From a virus (taxonomy: Duplodnaviria > Caudoviricetes): a stretch of DNA of 26,694 bases. Each line of letters starts with the position of its first letter. Positions within the stretch are counted from its first letter, which is position 1. The translations under genes were made by a program, and so were the position numbers. Under the pieces are notes generated by a model, which was not told the origin of the DNA, did no database searches, and was given only the letters and a program-made list of their open reading frames with translations. This document shows, piece after piece, positions 15,061-22,255 of the stretch. Location: positions 1-26,694 of the IMG/VR virus record IMGVR_UViG_3300022917_000025. The stretch is one strand, 5' to 3'.

Positions 15061-15683
15061 CGCGACGACACCCATGTTCCGGCGCGGACCGCAGCGCGCC
15101 GCCGTCGCTGATAGGCTAGGCGCCCCTGCTTGTGCTCTACAGAGCGGTTCTTCCAGCTCTGGCAGGTCTTGCAGGCCCTGCGCCTGCCGCCGTTTGAATA
15201 TGCGACGTTGTCACCGGAAAGCTCGTGGCCGCGGATGCAGTGGGTTTGCATCGCCTTCTTGCCGGTGAGACCGCGACCCTTCGCGGCCATGTCGCGCAGG
15301 TTGTCCTGGCGAGTCCCGAGCCACAGGTGATCGGGGTTGCAGCAGTGCCTGACATCACATGCGTGACAGACCTGCATTCCCTCCGCGGGCGCGCCGTGCT
15401 TGATCGTCCAAACGACTCGATGGACGGGACGGCCGCGCCCGCGGTAGCCAATCATTCCGTAGCCACCGACAGAGAAGCCCCACTTTGTCGGCTTCATCTC
15501 ATGAACGAATCCCTGCCAGAGCCAGCAACCGCGTACAGGGTCGATGGCCACCTTCGACTGGATGTGCGCGAAGACATGCGCGTCGTAGTCTGGGTGATGC
15601 GGTTTGACCGAAAGGCGAGATCGGAGCGGAGGAGACTCAGAGCCTCCTAACACTTTTGCCTGCCTTGTTGCGGAGGCGCTCAC
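15057..15683 (-). CDS. HNH endonuclease with C-terminal zinc-binding domain
   Basis: CWLWQG...GYG...HRVVW...VCHACDVRHCCNPDHLWLGTRQDNLRD; THCIRGH...CKTC. Confidence 0.9.
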   Translation of the reverse strand: MSASATRQAKVLGGSESPPLRSRLSVKPHHPDYDAHVFAHIQSKVAIDPVRGCWLWQGFVHEMKPTKWGFSVGGYGMIGYRGRGRPVHRVVWTIKHGAPAEGMQVCHACDVRHCCNPDHLWLGTRQDNLRDMAAKGRGLTGKKAMQTHCIRGHELSGDNVAYSNGGRRRACKTCQSWKNRSVEHKQGRLAYQRRRRAAVRAGTWVSSR

Positions 15684-15916
15684 TTCGACACCTTCCGAAG
15701 GTCGAAGGACTCCGCATCGACGCGGCTGGTGTAGTGGGCTAGAAGCTCTTTAGCTTCTCGGCGATTCATCGGCCCGTAGCCGGTAGCCTTCCACGTCCCG
15801 TCCGGCTGCTTCTCGACCAGTTCCCACTGGAAGCGGTTGAGGTAGATGCGCCGGCCGACGGCTACTGCGATGGCAGCCAGTGCGGCGAGTCCGATTGCGA
15901 TTTTGAGCGTGTTCAT
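15680..15916 (-). CDS. First PL gene; N-terminal TM/signal anchor
   Basis: MNTLKIAIGLAALAAIAVAVGRR; GAGG RBS. Confidence 0.7.
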   Translation of the reverse strand: MNTLKIAIGLAALAAIAVAVGRRIYLNRFQWELVEKQPDGTWKATGYGPMNRREAKELLAHYTSRVDAESFDLRKVSK

Positions 15917-15950
15917 CCTGCCCTCTGACTCTGTGCGGGGAGTCAATGAG

Positions 15951-16002
15951 CAGGTAACCTATTACCAGCCTAAATCGAAGTCAAGTAATTTGTTACTTGA
16001 CT
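15951..16002. promoter_or_regulatory. Left operators OL (two palindromes)
   Basis: CAGGTAACCTATTACCAG (15951-15968) and AGTCAAGTAA-TTTG-TTACTTGACT (15979-16002); shared core GTAA-N4-TTAC. Confidence 0.8.
15956..15984 (-). promoter_or_regulatory. PL promoter
   Basis: -35 TTGACT (15984-15979), 17-bp spacer, -10 TAGGTT (15961-15956); both boxes overlap operators. Confidence 0.75.
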
Positions 16003-16015
16003 CGCGGAGGCGGGT

Positions 16016-16432
16016 TTATTTGGGGCGGGGCTTCTTACCGAGGCTACGTTGGCCGGCAGCCATCGACTCGATATGTACGCGCTTGTCTTCGTCGGTTGAG
16101 TGGTAGTCCTCAACGAGCGCAACAAGCTTCTGGAGGTTCTGCTTTTCAAGGAAGGCGAAATCGAGGTCGGGGATGAACATCACCCATAAGGGAACACCGA
16201 AATGCTCGGCAATTAGCGCGAGATTGCCGATCTCCGGCGAATGCAGCTTGTTGACAACGTTATTTATGGTCTTCGTCGAGACCTTCCGACCACGGCGTTT
16301 CATTTCACGCTCCAGGCCGGCCTGAGAGGTTTTCGTTCGGCCCAAGAGCTCGACGAGCTTCGGCGCAAATGCCGACATGGCACTCGTAAGGGCTTGGGGC
16401 TGGGGTAGGGGCGTTCTTGGTTGTTTTGGCAT
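16016..16432 (-). CDS. cI: CI-like repressor (XRE HTH, no S24 peptidase domain)
   Basis: SQAGLEREMKRRGRKVSTKTINNVVNKLHSPEIGNLALIAEHFGVPLW HTH; divergent from cro and between operator clusters; start uncertain (16432 or 16378). Confidence 0.8.
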   Translation of the reverse strand: MPKQPRTPLPQPQALTSAMSAFAPKLVELLGRTKTSQAGLEREMKRRGRKVSTKTINNVVNKLHSPEIGNLALIAEHFGVPLWVMFIPDLDFAFLEKQNLQKLVALVEDYHSTDEDKRVHIESMAAGQRSLGKKPRPK

Positions 16433-16456
16433 GCCTCCAAAGTGTGACGAGGGTCG

Positions 16457-16497
16457 CAGGTAAAGAATTTCTTGACGGGCTGGTAACATGTTACTAG
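16457..16497. promoter_or_regulatory. Right operators OR
   Basis: CTGGTAACATGTTACTAG (16480-16497) and degenerate CAGGTAAAGAATTTCTTG (16457-16474), same core as OL. Confidence 0.75.
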
Positions 16498-16500
16498 ATT
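16472..16500 (+). promoter_or_regulatory. PR promoter
   Basis: -35 TTGACG (16472-16477), 17-bp spacer, -10 TAGATT (16495-16500). Confidence 0.8.
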
Positions 16501-16506
16501 GTTGTT

Positions 16507-16722
16507 ATGACCACCGCTCAAACTCTCCTCGAACGGACCTATCAGCTCCTGGACGCGTGCGATCTCACCTACGCCGAAGTTTCGGAGGGTGCCGGAGTTG
16601 ATGTGAACTGGCTTGCCAAATTCAAACAGCGCGCGATCGGCGAGCCTGGCGTTTCGAAGGTTCAGAGCGTGCACGATTTCTTGGAGACTCAGGAGCCGCG
16701 GAAATCGCGGCGCCGTGGATAG
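16507..16722 (+). CDS. cro: Cro-like HTH regulator
   Basis: 71 aa; LTYAEVSEGAGVDVNWLAKFKQRAIGEPGVSKVQSVHDFL; first PR gene. Confidence 0.8.
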   Translation: MTTAQTLLERTYQLLDACDLTYAEVSEGAGVDVNWLAKFKQRAIGEPGVSKVQSVHDFLETQEPRKSRRRG

Positions 16723-16767
16723 CCTGCATCGTTTTTTTTCTCCTGACCCGGAAAGTACCGGAAACAT

Positions 16768-17163
16768 ATGGGTGCTGCAGTTTCCAAGATCCAATACTCG
16801 CTCGATCTCGAGCCTGCGATCACTGAGCAATTCCGAACGCTGAAGCAGGTCCTGGCTGCTGCTGTCTATAGTTATCGGGGTGGGCTGGGTTCCGTCGCGG
16901 TCCATTGTGATCTCTCCCCCTCGGCGCTAAGCCGAATGCTCAACGAGAACGAAGATGACCCTCGTCATCTCCCTGTTGACCTCATGGTGCGAATCATTGA
17001 GGCCACACAGGACATGCGGCCGATCCACTGGCTAATCGCGCGATTCTTACCGTCCGAGGAGGCACGGACTCGTGCTGCTGTCGCGCAGCTTGAAAGTCTT
17101 GCCCCGCAGATCGTGGCGGCTCTCGCTGTTATCAAAGGCGGCACGTCGAGGTCTTCGAAGTGA
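16768..17163 (+). CDS. CII-like regulatory protein
   Basis: GLGSVAVHCDLSPSALSRMLNENEDDPRHLP...IIEATQDMRPIHWL; position after cro. Confidence 0.7.
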   Translation: MGAAVSKIQYSLDLEPAITEQFRTLKQVLAAAVYSYRGGLGSVAVHCDLSPSALSRMLNENEDDPRHLPVDLMVRIIEATQDMRPIHWLIARFLPSEEARTRAAVAQLESLAPQIVAALAVIKGGTSRSSK

Positions 17164-17354
17164 CCGCGCCTTTTCTGATACCTGCTATCTCAGACGGGAA
17201 TATCTCCCGGTTCCGTAAGGCCTGCGTAGGAATTCCCGCACCATCGTCGCGCAGTGGTCACGCTTACGTTAAATGCCGCTATCGACGGTCATTGCTTCCG
17301 TTCCGAGCAAGTGAGTTCCCGGAATTGATACACCTGACAAAAGTCAGGATGTTG

Positions 17355-17483
17355 TTATTTCCCCAGCGCGTCCCGGATCTCTGTCAAGAGCAACACGGCC
17401 TTGCGCACGCGGCGCTCCAGACCGATGAGACCGCACACCGTCAGGAAGAGCAGGGCGATAGCGAGCAGGTCGGATATCGACAT
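17355..17483 (-). CDS. 42-aa single-TM peptide (moron)
   Basis: AGGAG RBS; MSISDLLAIALLFLTVCGLIGLERRVRKAVLLLTEIRDALGK. Confidence 0.6.
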   Translation of the reverse strand: MSISDLLAIALLFLTVCGLIGLERRVRKAVLLLTEIRDALGK

Positions 17484-17603
17484 TCGGGCGACTCCTATTA
17501 CGAGGACGATCTGATGCGCGAAGGAATTCGGTTCGATGCTGAGTGCCAGTTCAAGACAGAGGGCAATCGGTTCTACACACCGACTGCCCCCTGGTGGCAC
17601 AAG

Positions 17604-17888
17604 CTAATTCAGTTTCTTTTGATCGGGCGCAATCGTCTGAAAGGTCGCAATGATTTGTTGGCGGCCCCATTGCCCCATGGAGTAGATGGCCTTCATGGTC
17701 GTCAGGGTATTCGCTGCAGCGTCTTTGAATTCGAAGGAGCAGTTCGCGGAAATACTATTGTGGGACAGCCCGAAGGCGGCGACTCCCGAGTAAACGAAGG
17801 TGCATGAGTCGAACGTGCATCCGACGTACTCGTTGTTATCGAGTACGACTTGCTGGCCGCGAAAAGTTTGGCCGGAAATCTTATTCAT
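17604..17888 (-). CDS. Hypothetical protein (moron), short beta-solenoid-like N-terminus
   Basis: AGGGA RBS; QTFRGQQVVLDNNEYVGCTFDSCTFVYSG 5-residue periodicity, then helical end. Confidence 0.7.
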   Translation of the reverse strand: MNKISGQTFRGQQVVLDNNEYVGCTFDSCTFVYSGVAAFGLSHNSISANCSFEFKDAAANTLTTMKAIYSMGQWGRQQIIATFQTIAPDQKKLN

Positions 17889-18056
17889 TGGCTGTCCCTG
17901 TGTTGTTGATGGTTCGGCGTCCTGCCTGAAATCTGGCGATGAAGGGCAGGGCGCCGAGCTCGATTCTGCCAAGCTTTTTTTTGCGCCGCTCCCATTTAGC
18001 GGGCATATCCCCTCGACTAAGCAAACACCGGGCCCGCGTGAGCTGGGCGGTGCAGC

Positions 18057-18272
18057 ATGAGCGCGCTTCACGAACCCATCCAAGCGGATCTCGACGAGGC
18101 GCTTGAGAGAGAAATCGAGACCGCGCACCGCGCCTACCTGCGTGCCGTCGAACTCGATGACACGCCGGCTATCCGCGAGTGCTTCGACGTCATGGCGGCA
18201 CTGGTCGAACAGCGCTCGCCTCAGCAGATCGCCCGGATGGAAGCCCGGCTTCCAGGGCCGTGGCGCTCGTGA
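18057..18272 (+). CDS. Hypothetical protein
   Basis: 71 aa; LVEQRSPQQIARME; stop overlaps replication gene start. Confidence 0.7.
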   Translation: MSALHEPIQADLDEALEREIETAHRAYLRAVELDDTPAIRECFDVMAALVEQRSPQQIARMEARLPGPWRS

Positions 18273-19057
18273 GCTTGCCCTGGTTCAGGATGTACACGGA
18301 GTACGCAACTGACCCCATCGTGCAGATGCTGGCCTTTGAGGATCAGCGGCACTTCGTGATGGCTTTGTGCATGAAGGGCAGCGGCCTTCTCGACCGCGCT
18401 TACCCCACCGACGAGTTCCGCCAGCGCGTGATAGCTGCGGCGCTCGGACTCGATCCAACAGCCTGTGCAGAAGCCGCTCGTCGCCTGAAGGAAGCCGGTC
18501 TGATCGACGATCGGTGGCAACCGATCAAGTGGGAAAAGCGTCAGTTTTCAAGCGATCACAACGCGGCCGAGAGGAAACGGAAGCAGAGGGAACGTGACAG
18601 TCACACCGATGTCACGGCGGATGGTTGTGACAGTCACGCGCCAGATACAGATACAGAATCAGAGAGAGATGCAGATAAGAACCCCCCAAACCCCCCAGGG
18701 GGCGGGGCGGGCGCTGCGAAACCACGGAAGCTTCCCCCGGACTTCCACGATCAGGTTCTCGCTGCGTACCACGAACACCTCCCGGAATTGCCCGCGGTTC
18801 GCGATTGGTCCACCGATCGTCGCCGCAAGCTCGAAGACCGCGTTGCGGAGCGGGTTAAGGCCGGAAAGCCAGCAGATCAGGTGGACTACTGGCAAGGGGT
18901 TTTTCGCAAGGTTGCTGCGAGTGATTTTCTCTGCGGGCGGAAAAGCGACTGGCGGTGTCCCGGCCTCGCGTGGCTCCTGAAGCGCGAGAACTTCCGCAAG
19001 GTGATCGAGGGTGCGTACGACAACACGCAGGCGAATGGGGCCCACCATGCGCGCTGA
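18269..19057 (+). CDS. Phage replication initiator (O-like)
   Basis: LPWFRMYTEYATDPIVQML...WEKRQFSSD..AERKRKQRER N-domain, internal iterons, C-domain WLLKRENFRKVIEGAYDN; upstream of DnaB. Confidence 0.85.
   Translation: MSLPWFRMYTEYATDPIVQMLAFEDQRHFVMALCMKGSGLLDRAYPTDEFRQRVIAAALGLDPTACAEAARRLKEAGLIDDRWQPIKWEKRQFSSDHNAAERKRKQRERDSHTDVTADGCDSHAPDTDTESERDADKNPPNPPGGGAGAAKPRKLPPDFHDQVLAAYHEHLPELPAVRDWSTDRRRKLEDRVAERVKAGKPADQVDYWQGVFRKVAASDFLCGRKSDWRCPGLAWLLKRENFRKVIEGAYDNTQANGAHHAR
18594..18679. repeat. Putative replication origin iterons
   Basis: Palindromic GTGACAGTCAC at 18594 and 18627, extra GTCAC at 18611 (11-bp phase), followed by an A-rich CAGATA/CAGA-repeat tract. Confidence 0.65.
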
Positions 19058-20444
19058 CAACGTTCGCGCTTTGCCAGCTTCAGCCTCCATGCACTCGGTG
19101 GAGGCTGAGCAAGCGGTTCTCGGAAGCCTGATGATCGAGCCCACCGCTTGGGCTCGGCTGACAGGCAAGGTCGAGGCGCAGGATTTTTTTCGCCCCGATC
19201 ACCGGATGATCTTCGGCGCAATCGAGAAGCTAGCTGGTGCCGGCAAAGAGCACGACGTGATCACGGTGAGCGCGCGTCTGCAGGCAGCCGGGAGCCTCGA
19301 CGACGCTGGCGGCATGGCCTACATCGGCAAGCTCGCACGGGACACGGCGACAGCGGTGAATCTCGAGAGCTATGCCGAGGTGGTGCGCGAGCGGTCCATG
19401 CGGCGGCGTCTTGCAAGCCTTGGGGAGTTCATCGGGCGTGCGGCCAGCGTGAAAGGCGAGCGCTCCGCTGAGGAATTGCTCGCAGATGCGCAGCGCGCGC
19501 TGTTCGAGCTTCAGACCCGCGCGCGAACAGGCTCGGGTCTGGTGGCTGCCCAGGAACTAACGGCGGCGCTGCTCGAAGACATGGAACGTCGGCGCGAAAA
19601 GTGTGTCGGGCTGTCTGTCGGGCTGGAAGATTTTGACGCGCTGACCAACGGATTGGAGCCAGGCGACCTCGTCGTGCTAGCCGGTCGCCCCGGCATGGGG
19701 AAAACAGCGCTGCTCGGCGGGATGTCGACGCACGTTGCTCGCACGGCGCCGGTTGCAGTGTTCTCGGCCGAGATGCCGGCGATGCAGCTCATGCGTCGGA
19801 ACATTGCCGCCATCGGCGACCTGTCTCAGGGTCGGCTGCGGCGCGCGGACGAGCTCAAGGACTTCGAATGGGAACGCATCGCGAGTGCGGCTGCCGACCT
19901 TTCGGCGCGCCGACTTTGGGTTGATGAAACGCCGCTGCCAACTCTGGCGCATGTTCGCGCCGAAGCGATGGGGCTGAAGCTGCGTGCCGGCTGTCTTGGT
20001 CTCATCCTCGTCGACTACGTTCAGCTCGTTCAGGGTTCTGGCTCGAACCGCTACGAGCAACTGCGTGACGTGGCGTACGGCTTCAAGGCCCTCGCGAAAC
20101 AGCTTGCCGTGCCAGTGGTGGTGCTCGCGCAGATCAACCGCAGTGTCGAGTCCCGGGACGGGCGAAAGCCCGCTATGAGCGACCTGCGTGATTCTGGCGC
20201 AATCGAGGAAGCGGCCGACATCATCGGCATGCTCTACAGCGAGGGCTACTACGACCGCCAGTTCGCGATGCCCAACGTGCTCGAGTGCAACATCGAGAAA
20301 AATCGCAACGGCGAGCGCGGAGAGTGCCGTTGGTACTTCGATGGCGATCGTTCGCGGATAACGGTGCTCGATGCGCAGATGCGCGTGCGGTACGCCAGCC
20401 TTCTGGAGCAGAGCAAGAAGCGCGGCGGAGGCGAGGATCTGTGA
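19047..20444 (+). CDS. dnaB: Replicative DNA helicase
   Basis: HSVEAEQAVLGSLM N-domain; Walker A AGRPGMGKT; FSAEM; ILVDYVQLV; LAQINR; SDLRDSGAIEEAAD; KNRNGE. Confidence 0.97.
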   Translation: MRADNVRALPASASMHSVEAEQAVLGSLMIEPTAWARLTGKVEAQDFFRPDHRMIFGAIEKLAGAGKEHDVITVSARLQAAGSLDDAGGMAYIGKLARDTATAVNLESYAEVVRERSMRRRLASLGEFIGRAASVKGERSAEELLADAQRALFELQTRARTGSGLVAAQELTAALLEDMERRREKCVGLSVGLEDFDALTNGLEPGDLVVLAGRPGMGKTALLGGMSTHVARTAPVAVFSAEMPAMQLMRRNIAAIGDLSQGRLRRADELKDFEWERIASAAADLSARRLWVDETPLPTLAHVRAEAMGLKLRAGCLGLILVDYVQLVQGSGSNRYEQLRDVAYGFKALAKQLAVPVVVLAQINRSVESRDGRKPAMSDLRDSGAIEEAADIIGMLYSEGYYDRQFAMPNVLECNIEKNRNGERGECRWYFDGDRSRITVLDAQMRVRYASLLEQSKKRGGGEDL

Positions 20445-20653
20445 GCGTCGAAGTCGGTCCGCAGTGGCGCATCGCGAAGGCCGAGAAGGTACGAGCGGCA
20501 ATGGGGCGCGAGTTTGCGGCGGTAGCTGATTCTCTGCGCGAGACGTTCGGAGACGTGAAGCTCAACTGGCTTGAGACGCCGACTCTCACGATCGGCACAA
20601 AGCCCGACGATGGCGTGCCGACTCAGTGGCAGGGCGAGCGGAGGCGGGCGTGA
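20441..20653 (+). CDS. Hypothetical protein
   Basis: GTGA overlaps; GAGG RBS. Confidence 0.65.
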   Translation: MSVEVGPQWRIAKAEKVRAAMGREFAAVADSLRETFGDVKLNWLETPTLTIGTKPDDGVPTQWQGERRRA

Positions 20654-21048
20654 GCCGACGCTGGACGGAAGCGGACCTGCGCAATCTTGGCGTGGTGACT
20701 GAGGTCTCCGAGACCGTCGCAGTCAAAGCCGTCCGCTCGAAATACGGCAACCAGAAGATGACCGTCGACGGGCGTACCTTCGACAGCACGAAGGAAGCGC
20801 GTAGGTACATCGACCTTCGGTTACTCGAAAAGGCGGGCGTCATCACAAATCTCGAATGCCAGCCGGTGATCGAGCTACCAGTGTGTGGCGTGGTGGTCGC
20901 CAGGTACCTGCCAGACTTTTCGTACTCCTGCGACGGTGTCCGAATCGTCGAGGACGTGAAGTCCGTCGCGACGCGGACCCCGATTTACCGTTTGAAGGTC
21001 AAGTTGGTGAAAGCCGTCCACGGTATCGAGGTACGGGAAGTCCTGTGA
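20650..21048 (+). CDS. DUF1064-family PD-(D/E)XK nuclease (putative resolvase)
   Basis: SKYGNQKMTVDGRTFDSTKEARRY...YLPDFSY...IVEDVKS..T.IYRLK.KL. Confidence 0.9.
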   Translation: MSRRWTEADLRNLGVVTEVSETVAVKAVRSKYGNQKMTVDGRTFDSTKEARRYIDLRLLEKAGVITNLECQPVIELPVCGVVVARYLPDFSYSCDGVRIVEDVKSVATRTPIYRLKVKLVKAVHGIEVREVL

Positions 21049-21245
21049 GCACCGAACGCAACCCGCCCTTCACAGAAGGTTGGTACCGCGGCACGCACGG
21101 GGCGCGCTCGCAGCATTACTTCCGTCGCTACGGCGCATCCCGCGCAGTTGCCATCTGCCGGGAAGATCGCACAGTTCAGATCGCCTCCTTGCAGTGGAGC
21201 GACATGCCGCGGTGCCTGTCGTGCCGGAAGCTCGTGCAGATATGA
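21045..21245 (+). CDS. Small His/Cys zinc-binding protein
   Basis: GTGA overlap; HYFR...AIC...RCLSC. Confidence 0.6.
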   Translation: MSTERNPPFTEGWYRGTHGARSQHYFRRYGASRAVAICREDRTVQIASLQWSDMPRCLSCRKLVQI

Positions 21246-21508
21246 CGCGTCGGTACGTCCTGGTGAAGAGGCCGAGGCGCCTGGACCCGGCGGAGGAAAA
21301 GCGCCTGAACGCGAAGATCCAGTTGCGACGCAGCCTCTCGGCGAAAAAGTTGATGGCGGAGTTCAACGTGAGTCGGTCGGTCATCGATCGTGTTTCACGT
21401 GGAGCCACACGCAAAAAAGCATCTTTCAGACACGAAAAGCTCTCGCCGGAACAACTTGATCAGCTTGCGGCTGAGCTAATGTCAACAACGATGATCGGGG
21501 AGAACTAA
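21242..21508 (+). CDS. Small basic HTH-like protein
   Basis: ATGA overlap; LSAKKLMAEFNVSRSVIDRV. Confidence 0.6.
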   Translation: MTRRYVLVKRPRRLDPAEEKRLNAKIQLRRSLSAKKLMAEFNVSRSVIDRVSRGATRKKASFRHEKLSPEQLDQLAAELMSTTMIGEN

Positions 21509-22006
21509 GTGCACGCACTGATGGCGATGTCTGCGGATGGGGATGATCGAATGCTGGTCCCGCGCCCGCGACCCCAAGTTCAGGTGAGGGTCGTAGCCGA
21601 GAAGTCGCGAATCAACATGCAGATCGCGCGCGCGGTCTCCCTGGAGCTGGTACGACGAGGAAACTCGGAGAAGCGTGAGCTCGATATCGTGCTCATGCCA
21701 ACGAACTGGATTCTGCAGCGGTGGGCCGTTTCAGTAGGCGATGGCCTGCCGCGCGAAAAGTGGGACGACGCGAGAACCACTCCGCCGCCGGAGTTGGACG
21801 ATGAGACGGCAATCCTGGTCGATAGGATCTATCTGCGCGCCCCCGGCGACATACGCACACTGGCTCACTGCTGGTACAAAACGCCGGAGCCCATCACTTC
21901 GATCTCCAATCGCATGGGCTTAACCGACGATGGAATGCATAGCCGTATCCGCCGGATGCTGCATTTCTTCCGGGCTGAGTTCCTACGCGCCGGGCTGAGG
22001 GTATGA
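21509..22006 (+). CDS. Q-like late antiterminator
   Basis: ILQRWA...LDDETAILVDR...WYK...ISNRMGLT C-terminal HTH; last early gene before terminator-rich late leader. Confidence 0.7.
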   Translation: MHALMAMSADGDDRMLVPRPRPQVQVRVVAEKSRINMQIARAVSLELVRRGNSEKRELDIVLMPTNWILQRWAVSVGDGLPREKWDDARTTPPPELDDETAILVDRIYLRAPGDIRTLAHCWYKTPEPITSISNRMGLTDDGMHSRIRRMLHFFRAEFLRAGLRV

Positions 22007-22080
22007 GAAACGCAAACTTTCATCTTCCTTAGCTACATCTGGGAGTATCGTCCGGCCCCAGAATTGAGTTCGTGTCGACG

Positions 22081-22105
22081 AAGCCCGCGCAAAGCGGGCT
22101 TTTTC
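22081..22105 (+). terminator. Intrinsic terminator (tR'-like)
   Basis: AAGCCCGC-GCAAA-GCGGGCTT followed by TTTCGTTT. Confidence 0.85.
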
Positions 22106-22219
22106 GTTTATGGCCCCGTCTATGGCCCGCCCCGGCTTTGCTTTTCCAGCTTGGTACTGCACCACTTGCCGGCCATAGCGGGCCGCCTTTTCCATACCGT
22201 GACCCCCTCACGGTTCCTC

Positions 22220-22247
22220 GCGCCGCCTTCGGGCGGCGTTTTTATTT
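22220..22247 (+). terminator. Second intrinsic terminator in late leader
   Basis: CGCCGCC-TTCG-GGCGGCG-TTTTTATTT (cUUCGg tetraloop), immediately before the GGAG RBS of the first late gene. Confidence 0.85.
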
Positions 22248-22255
22248 GGAGCCCC

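Noticed and set aside
15979-16002. Intrinsic terminator for the repressor gene
   Set aside because: AT-rich palindrome without U-tract that shares the operator core and overlaps the PL -35; better explained as an operator
17523-17549. CIRCE-like element (GAGTGCCAG half)
   Set aside because: No matching left arm at 9-bp spacing
17160-17807. 215-aa plus-strand ORF overlapping the cII stop
   Set aside because: No recognisable features and overlaps two better-supported minus-strand genes; translation of a short part cannot be excluded
19677-20501. 274-aa minus-strand ORF
   Set aside because: Antisense to dnaB; expected in GC-rich DNA
22064-22255. N-terminal extension of the 612-aa ORF
   Set aside because: Runs through two terminators; ATG 22256 has a GGAG RBS and exposes the signal peptide
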